Assembly: GCA_001643675.2 (NCBI GenBank)
Contig: LSRY02000026.1
Location: 124,001 to 188,000 of the forward strand
Direction of reading: 5' to 3'
Length of the DNA stretch: 64,000 nt
Origin: Monocercomonoides exilis PA203
Taxonomy: Eukaryota > Protista > Preaxostyla
Made by a program: the position numbers and the translations under genes. Under the pieces are notes generated by a model. The model was not told the origin of the DNA. It was given only the letters and a program-made list of their open reading frames with translations, and searched no databases. Below, in pieces: positions 36,301-47,244 of the stretch. Each line of letters starts with the position of its first letter. Position 1 is the stretch's first letter.

Positions 36301-37122
36301 ATGGACATTCACTGTAATAGCTGTTTCACTATTATTTCCCCCAATCTTCACCACTGCACTTGCACTCGACTCTATGTTATTCAATGTCGATGCAATCAAT
36401 GTGACTTTTGTTGCTTTGTCAAACAAAAACGGAGTGGTTGAAAACTTAGCAGTGTTGTTATCATCACTGAAAGATACTGCCTCCATGTTGAATTCACCTT
36501 CATCCACTTTCACCAGATGAATATTGGCTGTTTCTGTTTCTGTTGGACGAACAAATTGGCAAGTGCTAATTGTCAGATTAGGTGATAGTTTATTTGTATT
36601 TGTTATCATGGATGAAAGATCAGATGACACTGGAATTGACACATCTTCATTTTTAACCAATCGAATAATAGCCAATGTGCTTCCATCATTAGATGCATTT
36701 CCAAGTGAAATTGGATATATAAACTTCAGATACTTGAATGTCACATTTTGCTTGCAAGTGAACAGATCCTTGTTTTCATTTTCATTATTTACATCAGCAA
36801 GATATATACAGTTTATTTCCACTAACTCAGGAGTCCCATTTGCACTTTCATTTTGTTTTCCTTGGATCATTAATGAAACGTTTTTATCAAATGTATTCAC
36901 TCCTGCTACTAATGCAGATGTATTATTTTCTTGCTTTATAATTGTTATGTTCAATTGTTCAGCACTTGTATCATTAAGCTTTTGATATGCATCACTTATC
37001 TTTCCGATAGGGTCATTTGATGTTCCATTTGTTCCGTTTCCTCCACTTTTAACAAACACTTCTTTCACATTTTCAGAATATATGGAAAGCACAACTTGTA
37101 AAAATACAAATGTCAGAAACAT
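33385..37122 (-). CDS. Type I membrane surface protein, copy 1: signal peptide, three ~400-aa beta-helix-like modules, TM helix, basic tail
   Basis: Uninterrupted ORF with likely ATG at 37122 (MFLTFVFLQVVLSIYS). Modules begin (F/Y)VKSGG...G...P...I..AY (DUF1565-like). Val-rich TM, then RKRRSRNN. Confidence 0.88.
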   Translation of the reverse strand: MFLTFVFLQVVLSIYSENVKEVFVKSGGNGTNGTSNDPIGKISDAYQKLNDTSAEQLNITIIKQENNTSALVAGVNTFDKNVSLMIQGKQNESANGTPELVEINCIYLADVNNENENKDLFTCKQNVTFKYLKFIYPISLGNASNDGSTLAIIRLVKNEDVSIPVSSDLSSMITNTNKLSPNLTISTCQFVRPTETETANIHLVKVDEGEFNMEAVSFSDDNNTAKFSTTPFLFDKATKVTLIASTLNNIESSASAVVKIGGNNSETAITVNVHGCTFANCISTENGTNATSGALYVESNGTDSTFNISESKRYSNAKTTFTSCECANGKSGGIYLKMPKIDSADNLIWSEEDKLTVRGCKAGSDKQTFLYLEVPDDKLQDIAEEMKKKFAKNYVEGTNDWFVAAKGTKSEDIDFTAKYFDPHEAYVKSGGSDDAADGTKEKPFKTIKKAYDLLDKSKGPGEFSIKIMKKGEESGQEVLKAEAVTFSKETGITIEGVVEAEETGNEADTKVEIDCSNISESDLFTCQKTVTFKNLVFDFKSASGQVTDQSEGNEGTYALIHADSVSTSLTIDTCDFKQTTQTNTRGMLTNTGEEIKIHLVKVSAGTLTMNKVECTSENEVKFSAIPFLVDGTTTAVTAVSLTSLNLKKITSKGSAVMKIVGKTDTALSVNLDTCSFTECKSEDTTTDSCGALYVKSEHAESTFSIGNTGKTTFEKCTCTKGKSGAICLEMKNATKADELTWPETGTNLVFTGCKAGEADQKSNAEKNTGLYLDVPVSLHRDMAIAMKKSFAANYKKNENKCFVVAKGTEDSSEVDFTEVYFDPITNVYVSEGATDDSKNGLSYDNPKKKLDSAYKLFGVGVGGENFKINIIKTNESFKAAAVTLEKFSLTTIVGVTKTNGEETEKETEVEIDCNVKSDNHLFTCKSEVEFRGISFFYPLSLDEPEESNTDPHSLIVAEGADAKLSIVNCKFVRPEPDALSNVGETVGIHLVKVTEGELIMSGVECKGDNEVNFQESLFDIESASLVKLDTVEINKVSVTDGAAINIQDAAEKASSVRIEGLSMDGVKSSKGLCAGVMIKMVDDDSTVEMGREKKCSFKSCEAASGKAGAILIEVKDAVDNLKLPDVGKLELGDNKGKDSSVASLCIIAPDFDKFSQQKDSFAFAKDYNDDNKGWIVGATDEEAAPEDVYEKYLKEKKDEPEPEKKKMMSAGTVVAIVVPIVVVVVVVVVVIIAIVVVRKRRSRNN

Positions 37123-37164
37123 TTTCAATTGATGTTCTTTTCTCAATTCAATCAAAGATCTACA

Positions 37165-37760
37165 AATCTTGACAGCTTTTCCATCTCATTTGCTCCATCT
37201 CTTGTAAAGTGGTTCTCATCCACTCTTGTTTCTTCAAAACTATCACCATATCTTCATCCACTTTTCAAAAACTCCCAATCAAGCTCATGGACAAAGTGAA
37301 CAAAAGATACAATGTTCCTGATGATATCAAATGATATCGGATGATCTCTTTGATTTTGCTGATGGAAAGTTCTTGTTGTGTTTTCTCATAAGAAATAATA
37401 GGAAGATCTGTCACATCATAATGAATCAAAAACCCTCCATTCACAACTCCCAAACAAATCATATCAAACCAACAATCCTTCTTCTTCTGTTTCTTGTTTC
37501 GCTGTATCCCTCTGTTGTTTGATAAATATACATGAAAACTGAAAACATGTTTCAAAAACAAAAATTTGAATAATTATAGAAATTATTTTTATTGACAGAA
37601 TAAACTCAGACATACATTTTCTTGGCTTCCTTTCCATGGACAACATCTTGACCTCATCATGTTCTTTTGTTTCAAGAGTGAGACTAAAAGTCATTTATTA
37701 TTCTTTCTCCAATTCAAAATACATTACAACAACAAAGTCCATCAATGATGGTCCATTTCC
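37165..37760 (-). pseudogene. Decayed fragment of the expanded helical hypothetical-protein family seen at 45514-46830
   Basis: QETEE-like and ISKIKEIIRYH segments resemble NEETQKEVEMALL...LNEIKEIIRHH. Confidence 0.55.
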
Positions 37761-39032
37761 TTTCCTGCAATCATTCCATCTGTATCCATTCCAAGCCCAT
37801 CTCTGCCATTTCACATGTGGAATGGAACATGGAACATGGAACATGGAACAAGAACAGATCTTCATCGACAAATGTTTGGTTGATCCTCACAAACACATTC
37901 AAACATTCAGCAAGGTGTTCATTTTGAAGAGTGGAAGGAAAGTGAAGTGGAGATTACTTTGACACTATGACAGCCCACACATATTACTGTGCCTTTTGCT
38001 GTGTCATTGACGAATACGTGTGTGTTTCCATAAGAAGTTGCTGTCCACTGGCAGTTTGTCCACACACTTCACACATCGAACAAAACATTAAACAAATATA
38101 TGTTAAATTGACACAAATGCTTTTCAAACATTCAATCATTTCAATTTGTTTTGTGCATCTATCAATTTATTTATTGAACAACAAACAAACATTTAAACAA
38201 CAAAACAACAAAACAACAAAACAATAAAACATGAATATTATCATTATTATCAAATGTTTCTCTTTCCATTGGCTTTTGTCAATGATTCAACATGTGATTG
38301 TGCTCAATGATAGAAAAATCATCACTGGTTGTTGTATGGAAGTATGTTGAATCATGAATTCAATAAATGAAGAACATTATTGAAAACAACTAATGGAATG
38401 TATTTTTTTTTATCCATTAAAAACTGCACCATTTGAATGTCAACAAAAATGGTGTAGTATTAATTCGAAATATACTTATGACAATTGTTATACCCTTTAT
38501 TTAATTGACACATACTCAGAAAAACAAATCATATTTATTCTGTTTCTTTATTTTTCATGTGAACTCAGTCTCACAAAAATGTTATCAATTAAATATTATT
38601 AACCCTTCCAACTCAATGATAGTTGAGTTCATTTTCACAATTTGTCCTAATTCATTTCATATCAAAAAATACAGATAATAAAACAACTCACAAGAATCAG
38701 AAACACTTTCTGAAGGATAATTTTGTTTGAAAAATTCACACATAATTCAACATGTCAAGTCCAGTATTTTGAATGTGAACCAATCTCTACAAATAATAAT
38801 CAGTGAAAAAATGAAACAATGACTTTTATTGATTATTAATAATTTAAAAAGGAATTTTCTATGAGTAATATTTATGAATACACTCTTTCCAATGAAATAT
38901 GTAAATTTTCAATAATTCGAAAAAATACCAAAAAATACAAAGTATGTTTCAAACCATAAATTACAACAACAATTGTACGATTAATGTGTCTGTAGATCTT
39001 TGATTGAATTGAGAAAAGAACATCGATTGAAA

Positions 39033-42000
39033 ATGTTTCTGAAATTTGTTTTTTTACAAGTTGTGCTTTCAATATATTCTGAAGATGTTAAAGAAGTGTT
39101 TGTTAAAAGTGGAGCAACTGGTGGAAATGGAACAAAAGATAGCCCCGTAGGAAAGATTAGTGAGGCATATCAAAAGCTTAATGATACAAGTGCAGAACAA
39201 TTGAACATTACAATTATCAAGCAAGAAAATAATACATCTGCATTAGTAGCAGGAGTGAATACATTTGATAAAAACGTTTCATTAATGATCCAAGGAAAAC
39301 AAAATGAAAGTGCAAATGGGACTCCTGAGTTAGTGGAAATAAACTGTATATATCTTGCTGATGTAAATAATGAAAATGAAAACAAGGATCTGTTCACTTG
39401 CAAGCAAAATGTGACATTCAAGTATCTGAAGTTTATATATCCAATTTCACTTGGAAATGCATCTAATGATGGAAGCACATTGGCTATTATTCGATTGGTT
39501 AAAAATGAAGATGTGTCAATTCCAGTGTCATCTGATCTTTCATCCATGATAACAAATACAAATAAACTATCACCTAATCTGACAATTAGCACTTGCCAAT
39601 TTGTTCGTCCAACAGAAACAGAAACAGCCAATATTCATCTGGTGAAAGTGGATGAAGGTGAATTCAACATGGAGGCAGTATCTTTCAGTGATGATAACAA
39701 CACTGCTAAGTTTTCAACCACTCCGTTTTTGTTTGACAAAGCAACAAAAGTCACATTGATTGCATCGACATTGAATAACATAGAGTCGAGTGCAAGTGCA
39801 GTGGTGAAGATTGTGGGAAAAAGTGAAACAAAGATTGAAGTGAATGTCCATGGGTGTACATTTTCCAATTGTAAATCAACAGAAGAAGCTGGAAGTGCAA
39901 CAAGTGGAGCATTGTATGTTGAAAGTGATCATTCAGAAAGTAAATTTAATATTTCAGAAAGTAAGCGATATTCAAATGCAAAAACAACATTTACTTCGTG
40001 TGAATGTGCCAATGGGAAATCAGGTGGGATATATCTGAAGATGCCAAAAATTGATAGTGCAGATAATCTGATATGGTCTGAGGAAGATAAATTGACAGTT
40101 AGAGGGTGCAAAGCTGGTTCAGATAAACAGACGTTTTTGTATTTGGAAGTGCCTGATGACAAGTTACAGGATATTGCCGAAGAGATGAAAAAGAAATTTG
40201 CCAAAAACTATGTGGAAGGAACAAATGACTGGTTTGTTGCAGCTAAGGGAACGAAGAGTGAAGATATTGATTTCACTGCGAAATATTTTGATCCACATGA
40301 GGCATATGTTAAAAGTGGAGGAAGTGATGACGCAGCAGATGGAACAAAAGAAAAACCATTTAAAACAATAAAAAAAGCTTATGATTTATTGGATAAATCA
40401 AAAGGTCCAGGAGAATTTTCCATAAAAATAATGAAAAAAGGAGAAGAATCTGGACAAGAAGTTCTTAAAGCAGAAGCTGTGACATTCTCAAAAGAGACAG
40501 GTATTACGATAGAAGGAGTGGTGGAAGCAGAGGAAACTGGAAATGAAGCTGATACGAAAGTTGAGATAGATTGTAGCAATATTTCTGAAAGCGATTTATT
40601 CACCTGTCAAAAAACAGTGACATTCAAGAATTTGGTGTTTGATTTCAAATCAGCATCTGGACAAGTAACAGATCAATCTGAAGGAAATGAAGGAACTTAT
40701 GCCTTGATTCATGCTGATTCAGTATCAACATCACTAACAATTGACACTTGTGATTTTAAGCAAACAACACAAACAAATACACGTGGGATGCTTACAAATA
40801 CAGGGGAAGAAATAAAAATCCATCTTGTGAAAGTGAGTGCAGGGACATTGACAATGAACAAGGTCGAATGCACTTCTGAGAACGAAGTGAAATTTTCAGA
40901 GACACCATTTTTGGTTGATGGAACAACAACAGCAGTCACGGCTGTTTCATTGACATCATTGAATCTGAAGAAGATCACATCAAAGGGAAGTGCTGTTATG
41001 AAAATTGTTGGAAATACAGACACAGCTATTTCAGTGAATTTGGACACATGCTCATTCACAGAATGCAAATCGGAAGATACAACAACAGATTCATGTGGAG
41101 CACTTTATGTGAAGAGCGAACATGCAGAAAGCACATTCTCCATTGGAAACACTGGGAAAACAACATTTGAAAAATGCACATGTACAAAGGGGAAATCAGG
41201 AGCAATATGTCTGGAGATGAAAAATGCAACAAAAGCAGATGAACTGACATGGCCAGAAACAGGAACCAATTTAGAATTTACTGGATGCAAGGTTTCAGAT
41301 TCAGATACAACTTCGAATGCTGAAAAGAACACAGGATTATATTTGGATGTACCAGTCAGCCTTCACAGAGACATGGCAATAGCGATGAAGAAAAGCTTTG
41401 CATCTGGATACAAGAAAAATGAAAATAAATGCTTTGTTGTTGCAAAAGGAACAGAGGATAGCTCTGAAGTTGATTTCACAGAAGTGTATTTTGATCCGAT
41501 AACAAATGTGTATGTCAGTGAAGGAGCAACAGATGATTCCAAAAATGGATTGAGCTATGACAACCCAAAGAAAAAACTGGATTCAGCATACAAATTGTTT
41601 GGAGTGGGTGTTGGAGGAGAAAACTTCAAGATCAATATCATCAAAACGAATGAATCATTCAAAGCTGCAGCTGTCACACTTGAGAAATTTTCATTGACAA
41701 CGATTGTGGGTGTAACCAAAACAAATGGAGAAGAAACAGAAAAAGAAACAGAAGTGGAGATCGATTGTAATGTTAAATCAGACAATCATTTGTTCACATG
41801 CAAAAGTGAAGTTGAGTTCAGAGGAATTTCATTTTTCTATCCATTGTCATTGGATGAGCCAGAGGAATCAAATACCGATCCACATTCATTGATTGTTGCA
41901 GAGGGTGCAGATGCAAAGTTGAGTATTGTGAACTGCAAATTTGTGAGACCAGAGCCAGATGCACTCAGTAATGTTGGAGAAACAGTTGGTATCCATCTTG

Positions 42001-42767
42001 TGAAAGTGACAGAAGGAGAACTTTCAATGAGTGGAGTTGAATGCAAGGGCGATAATGAAGTGAAATTCCTGGAATCATTGTTTGTGATTGATAGTGCTTC
42101 TTCAATCAAACTTGATACAGTTGAGATCAACAAAGTGAGTGTGACAGATGGAGCAGCAATCAACATCCAAGATGCAGCTGAAAAAGCATCGAGTGTTCGA
42201 ATAGAAGGGTTGAGCATGGATGGAGTGAAATCATCGAAGGGATTGTGTGCAGGTGTTATGATCAAGATGGTTGATGACGATTCGACAGTGGAAATGGGAA
42301 GAGAAAAGAAATGTTCATTCAAATCGTGTGAAGCAGCAAGTGGAAAGGCAGGAGCTATTCTCATTGAAGTGAAAGATGCAGTTGACAATTTGAAACTTCC
42401 GGATGTAGGCAAACTTGAGTTAGGTGACAACAAAGGGAAAGATTCATCGGTGGCATCACTGTGCATCATTGCTCCAGACTTTGATAAGTTCAGCCAACAG
42501 AAAGACTCCTTTGCATTTGCGAAGGACTACAACGACGACAACAAAGGATGGATTGTGGGGGCAACAGATGAAGAGGCTGCTCCTGAAGATGTGTATGAGA
42601 AATACCTGAAGGAGAAGAAAGATGAGCCAGAACCAGAAAAGAAGAAGATGATGAGTGCAGGGACTGTGGTTGCTATTGTTGTTCCTATTGTGGTTGTGGT
42701 GGTAGTGGTGGTTGTTGTGATTATTGCAATTGTTGTAGTCAGGAAGAGAAGATCTCGGAACAACTGA
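39033..42767 (+). CDS. Type I membrane surface protein, copy 2 (inverted near-identical paralogue of 33385-37122)
   Basis: Same architecture, likely ATG at 39033. Protein identical to copy 1 apart from a few clustered patches. Confidence 0.88.
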   Translation: MFLKFVFLQVVLSIYSEDVKEVFVKSGATGGNGTKDSPVGKISEAYQKLNDTSAEQLNITIIKQENNTSALVAGVNTFDKNVSLMIQGKQNESANGTPELVEINCIYLADVNNENENKDLFTCKQNVTFKYLKFIYPISLGNASNDGSTLAIIRLVKNEDVSIPVSSDLSSMITNTNKLSPNLTISTCQFVRPTETETANIHLVKVDEGEFNMEAVSFSDDNNTAKFSTTPFLFDKATKVTLIASTLNNIESSASAVVKIVGKSETKIEVNVHGCTFSNCKSTEEAGSATSGALYVESDHSESKFNISESKRYSNAKTTFTSCECANGKSGGIYLKMPKIDSADNLIWSEEDKLTVRGCKAGSDKQTFLYLEVPDDKLQDIAEEMKKKFAKNYVEGTNDWFVAAKGTKSEDIDFTAKYFDPHEAYVKSGGSDDAADGTKEKPFKTIKKAYDLLDKSKGPGEFSIKIMKKGEESGQEVLKAEAVTFSKETGITIEGVVEAEETGNEADTKVEIDCSNISESDLFTCQKTVTFKNLVFDFKSASGQVTDQSEGNEGTYALIHADSVSTSLTIDTCDFKQTTQTNTRGMLTNTGEEIKIHLVKVSAGTLTMNKVECTSENEVKFSETPFLVDGTTTAVTAVSLTSLNLKKITSKGSAVMKIVGNTDTAISVNLDTCSFTECKSEDTTTDSCGALYVKSEHAESTFSIGNTGKTTFEKCTCTKGKSGAICLEMKNATKADELTWPETGTNLEFTGCKVSDSDTTSNAEKNTGLYLDVPVSLHRDMAIAMKKSFASGYKKNENKCFVVAKGTEDSSEVDFTEVYFDPITNVYVSEGATDDSKNGLSYDNPKKKLDSAYKLFGVGVGGENFKINIIKTNESFKAAAVTLEKFSLTTIVGVTKTNGEETEKETEVEIDCNVKSDNHLFTCKSEVEFRGISFFYPLSLDEPEESNTDPHSLIVAEGADAKLSIVNCKFVRPEPDALSNVGETVGIHLVKVTEGELSMSGVECKGDNEVKFLESLFVIDSASSIKLDTVEINKVSVTDGAAINIQDAAEKASSVRIEGLSMDGVKSSKGLCAGVMIKMVDDDSTVEMGREKKCSFKSCEAASGKAGAILIEVKDAVDNLKLPDVGKLELGDNKGKDSSVASLCIIAPDFDKFSQQKDSFAFAKDYNDDNKGWIVGATDEEAAPEDVYEKYLKEKKDEPEPEKKKMMSAGTVVAIVVPIVVVVVVVVVVIIAIVVVRKRRSRNN

Positions 42768-44073
42768 AAAATAAATGGAGGAGTGCAGTCAGTGATTGTT
42801 GTTGAAACAGTTTTTTTATCAAAAACAATGAAATGAAGAATACACATAAAAAAAACCAGAAAACTAAATAATATATGGAATTAGCAAAGATCAATATGTG
42901 TGTTTCGTGACTTTATACCTAAAAACTGACAGAAAAAGAGAGTTGATTCAGAACGGGCAAAACAAATGATTAATAATAAATTAATAATTCCTTTGATCTT
43001 CATCAAAAACTTAAATTATAACAAAAAAATTCTGGTACTGTCATAAAATGGATTAATTAAGAAAAAAAAAGAAAGCAATGACAATACAATCCACAAAGAA
43101 ACTTTTTAATTATAAAAGATAGTTATAACGTGTTTTCATAGTGAAGCAATTGAAGACTTTAGCATCAACAACAAAATCTATTGATGGATGAAGTGTTGAA
43201 TATTCAATGAATGAAAGATGAAGTCGATAAAATGTCCAATGAAAAGGGAGGAGAAAAAGTATTTGATGCATTTCTGAAAGACAACCTGAAGATCATTTTA
43301 TTTGGAAGCAAAAGGAGAGATTGAAAAAAATGAAGAATTACAAATCAGGAAAGGTGGCAAATGATGGATGATTGAAGAGAGGATTTTCAAAGATTAAAAC
43401 AATTCGATGAGCCTTCAAAGAGTGGCGGAAGAGCCAAAGGGAAGCGAGGTTAAGAAATAGCATTTCAATTGAAGAAAAAAGCAAATGTTTTATTGGGTGC
43501 AGATTATTTTGTTTCATATTTGAAAAAAATGAAAGCATAAGAAGGATATATCAGTTTTTCTTCTTGGGAAATACATAAATCCAAGTTTTTTTTGAACCTA
43601 ATGCAACAATGAAATAGTTGCTGTTTGCGGAACTTCGCAATACAACTGCATTTCCAACAAATCTTTGATGAATAATCTATTGTGAAATTGACATATTTTT
43701 TGTTTTAAATATTGGCTTCTGGAAATATGTGAATGAAGAGTTTTGAATGGAAAAGTTTTTCAATATCATTTGTTTTTGACTATCAAACTTCACAAAATAT
43801 ATATTCCTAATTTTTTCTTATTTAACATTAAAATAATTCTTCAAAACTTTTATTGAACACCCTTTTCTCAGATGCGAATCATTTGAAATAAAAAAATTAA
43901 AAAAAGAATGTTTTCTTCAAAATATTTTTTTTAACTTTCATTTCTTGAAATAAAAATTGGAGATAAAACGAAGCCTCAATAAGCGGCCTTTCATGATTTC
44001 CTCTGAAAAATTACAAAAAATGAAAAAAGATGATTGATTTATGTGTACACAAAATAATTCGTGTTACAGACAG

Positions 44074-45525
44074 GGCAAGACCGCATTATATGGGAATGGC
44101 CTATTTTCTGTGAAAATAATATATGAAAAATGTTTATAATATATATCATGTTTTCATGCATCAGAGATGTGCGGAAGTTGACAAAAAAGTCAAAAACAAG
44201 AAATGTAAAATTGAGGAAAAAATGTGTGAATGCATTTTCAAAAATTAAAATTTTTCATTAAAAATAATTAATCAACTTCCATGGGGTCAAATTCTGATGC
44301 ACTTGCACAGTCCCCAGCTCCAAGTGAATATGATTCTTCAAATTCTGTCATTTGAAGAATGTCATTTTCATCTAATATATCAGATTCTAGCTCTGATTCT
44401 GTCGAGTCACTTTCTTCACTTTCAGATTCTTCCAATTCATTTTCTTTTTCCGTTAAATCGAAGATGATTTCCTTTATTAATTCCTCAAATTGTATTTGCA
44501 AGTTTCTTCTGACCAGACACATAGATAAAGAGTCACCAAAATACTTTTCTCTGCATCCCGTTCTTGGAAAAAATTTCCGTAAATTCATCCACAGACCTTC
44601 GACAGTGTTTGTGCATGCATGTGTCATTTTATTTTTGAATTCTCGCTTGTGACAGACGGAATCATGGGCGTAACAACAATCTTTCAATCTGGCATAAGCC
44701 TATCATTCATCGCTCATGATCCGAGTTCCAGGAAGTATTTTGGCTCGTATAATTGGTACAAATGTCTCAGCCTTCCTATTTGGCACAATCATCACAAAGT
44801 TCTTCCCCGCACTTCCCTCTTGTTTCCTTTCCACAGCTCCAAATATCCAAATTTGCCACTTTTTTTCCTTGCCCATTCTTTCTGCTCCTCCAAACAACTT
44901 TATTGATCTCAAAAATTCTTTCCGGCACTTCCATGATAACTTGATTATTGCTCCATATTAATGTGCATCTGACTCCAATAACACTCGTCCAATAATGAAT
45001 TGTGTTTTCTCTTATTCCAAGCAGTTCACCAATGTGTGCGGCTGATATACCAATGTTATAATATAAAACAATCATCAAAAACTTTCTCAGCGGTATTTTT
45101 GATTTTTCCAAAGATGTGTTTAAAAAAACTGACTGTTTTTTGCCACATTTTCCGCATCTCCAATATTTGTTATATTTGCCTCCGGATGTAAATATCATTT
45201 TGTATTTATCATGTCTGCATTCAGGAGCTTCTCCTTCCAGCACATTTACGAAATACCATTTCCAAGCACCCATTTCATCCGAAAATATATCGTTAAGTTC
45301 ACAAATAGGTGTTTTTGTGAACATTCTTTGTGACAAAGACATTTGATGAATGTTTGATCAAACCCATAAATACTTGAAAATGAACTTTTTTCAAAAAATA
45401 AAAATTTTATTTTTCACCAGTTTCCGCATGTTTTTTGGAAATAATAATTGCATAATAATAAATAATAAAACATTATAAACAGAAATAATCTTATTCCAGG
45501 CGTTCCCATATCTTCAGGTCTTGCC
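44074..45525 (-). mobile_element. Full-length Merlin DNA transposon (1452 bp) with an inactivated ISXO2-type transposase
   Basis: TIRs GGCAAGACCGCATTATATGGGAATGGCCT and rc GGCAAGACCTGAAGATATGGGAACGCCT. Perfect 8-bp TSD ACAGACAG at 44066-44073 and 45526-45533. Transposase at 44268-45342 (WIFGAVER, VPNRKAETF, IMSDE, TNTVEGLW) has stops and frameshifts. Confidence 0.93.
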
Positions 45526-46830
45526 ACAGACAGATAGTCCAATAACATTATTGGGTGTCAATGTTGGTAGAATTTTTTGAAAGCTTGTGATAACGTCTTC
45601 GTATCCTTCTTCTTCCATGTTTTCAATCATTTTCTTTTTTGTTTCCATTATTTTATCTTCCTCTTCTTTATTATCTCTCTTCTCTTTCAATCTTCTTGAA
45701 AGCTCCAAGAAGAATTCCAAGCAACTTCTTGCAATATTTTTGTTCAACGTGGGTTGTAGTATCCCTTCCATCATTAGATTTACTGCTCCTCCATCAACAA
45801 AACCGTTAACACTCACACTTTCAAGGTATCCTATTGTATGAAACATGGAAATGCACCATTCAGTTATGGCTCTTTCATTCTCTTTTGTCTCAAAGCACAT
45901 CTTGACAAGACTTTGGATCAATCCAACAAATTCCTCTTTCCACAATCTCAAACTCAGAAAAAACACTTCTGTCAAGAAAATCCATTTCATTATGACCTTT
46001 CTTTCTTTCTTTTTTCTCTTCTCAGTCTTTTCTTCTTTTTTGTTCCAATCAATGCATTTCGACAGATCTTCCACTTCTTTTGCAGCTTCTTCAGCAAAAT
46101 GCATCCGATTCACAACAACATCTTCTATACTTTTTTCTGAATGAAATCGGCTTATCACAATCTCCCAAGCAGATAGGCACCCAAGATGCGTCAAATTATG
46201 ATGATCCCGATGATGTCTGATGATCTCTTTGATTTCATTCAGATTTGGTTCACGATCCTCTCTCTTAAAAAATACATATGAAAAAAGTAACAATTTAACA
46301 ATGATGATTCTATTTCAAACTGTGAGCATTTCAACGCGTCTCAAGGTCAGCAAAGCCATTTCAACTTCCTTTTGCGTTTCCTCGTTTTGATCAATTTGCT
46401 TTGCAGCTTTAAGAAGGCACTTCACACAAACTGACAATAATTCAGATGAGGAATCATTGTTTAGCAAAAGATGACATTCACAAAGATCAACTTGCAACTT
46501 CTCTTTCTTTCCTTCTGTTTTTCTATTTTCTTCAAGAATGATCTTCTCAAATATTATCTTCAATGAAGAGCTATCGCAACAGCAATTCCAAAATTCTTTC
46601 CACACATTGCAATATCCCATATGCTTCAACATAGGTAACACATCTATTAAATTCAATTTCTTTTCTTCAATCATTTTGTGAATTTTATTGAACATTTCAA
46701 TTGAACAAATTTCCATGAATTCATTTTTGCTCATTTCATCAACAATTTCGATCATATCAACAATTTTTTGTTTCTGCTCATTCTCGTTGCAACCTCCAAG
46801 TTCGTCAAACAATTCTTCAAAGCACACATT
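45514..46830 (-). CDS. Member of an expanded lineage-specific alpha-helical hypothetical-protein family; C-terminus altered by the Merlin insertion
   Basis: ORFs 46315-46827 and 45514-46293 join through a 57-nt GT-AG intron (46264-46320). Motifs KEVEMALL, EIKEIIRHH...NLT and MEEEGYED. Start codon not resolved. Confidence 0.7.
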
Positions 46831-47244
46831 AAGAATTAAAAAAGAGTGCCTTTTTTTAAAAAACAGTTAGTAAAAAAACAAACTCCTAAACTTACCAACT
46901 TCAGATGTTCTTTGAATGATGTAAAAAAATTTTATTCTGTTCGTAATAAATTCATGATGAAAAAATTTCAATCGCTATTCAAACAGGAAACAATCGGTGA
47001 AAGCAAACATTCTTCTTTTTCACACTTTTTTAATATATTATTGTCTCAATACTAACTTCTTTCCAATTTCAAAAAAATAAGGGCAAATGGGTTCTTTACC
47101 GGTACATCAGAATTTGCTTTATTTTATGATAAAAATGATTATCATTGTTTTAAATGTATTTGTGCAAAATATTAAAGTGCGGAAATTATTCTGAGTTGAA
47201 AAAAATTTTTTCATAAAAAAAAATTTATCAAAGATGTTTTTTTT

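Noticed and set aside
47082-47105. GGCAAATGGGT as the left TIR of another Merlin MITE
   Set aside because: Only 11 bp match the MITE TIR, and no partner TIR or TSD was found.
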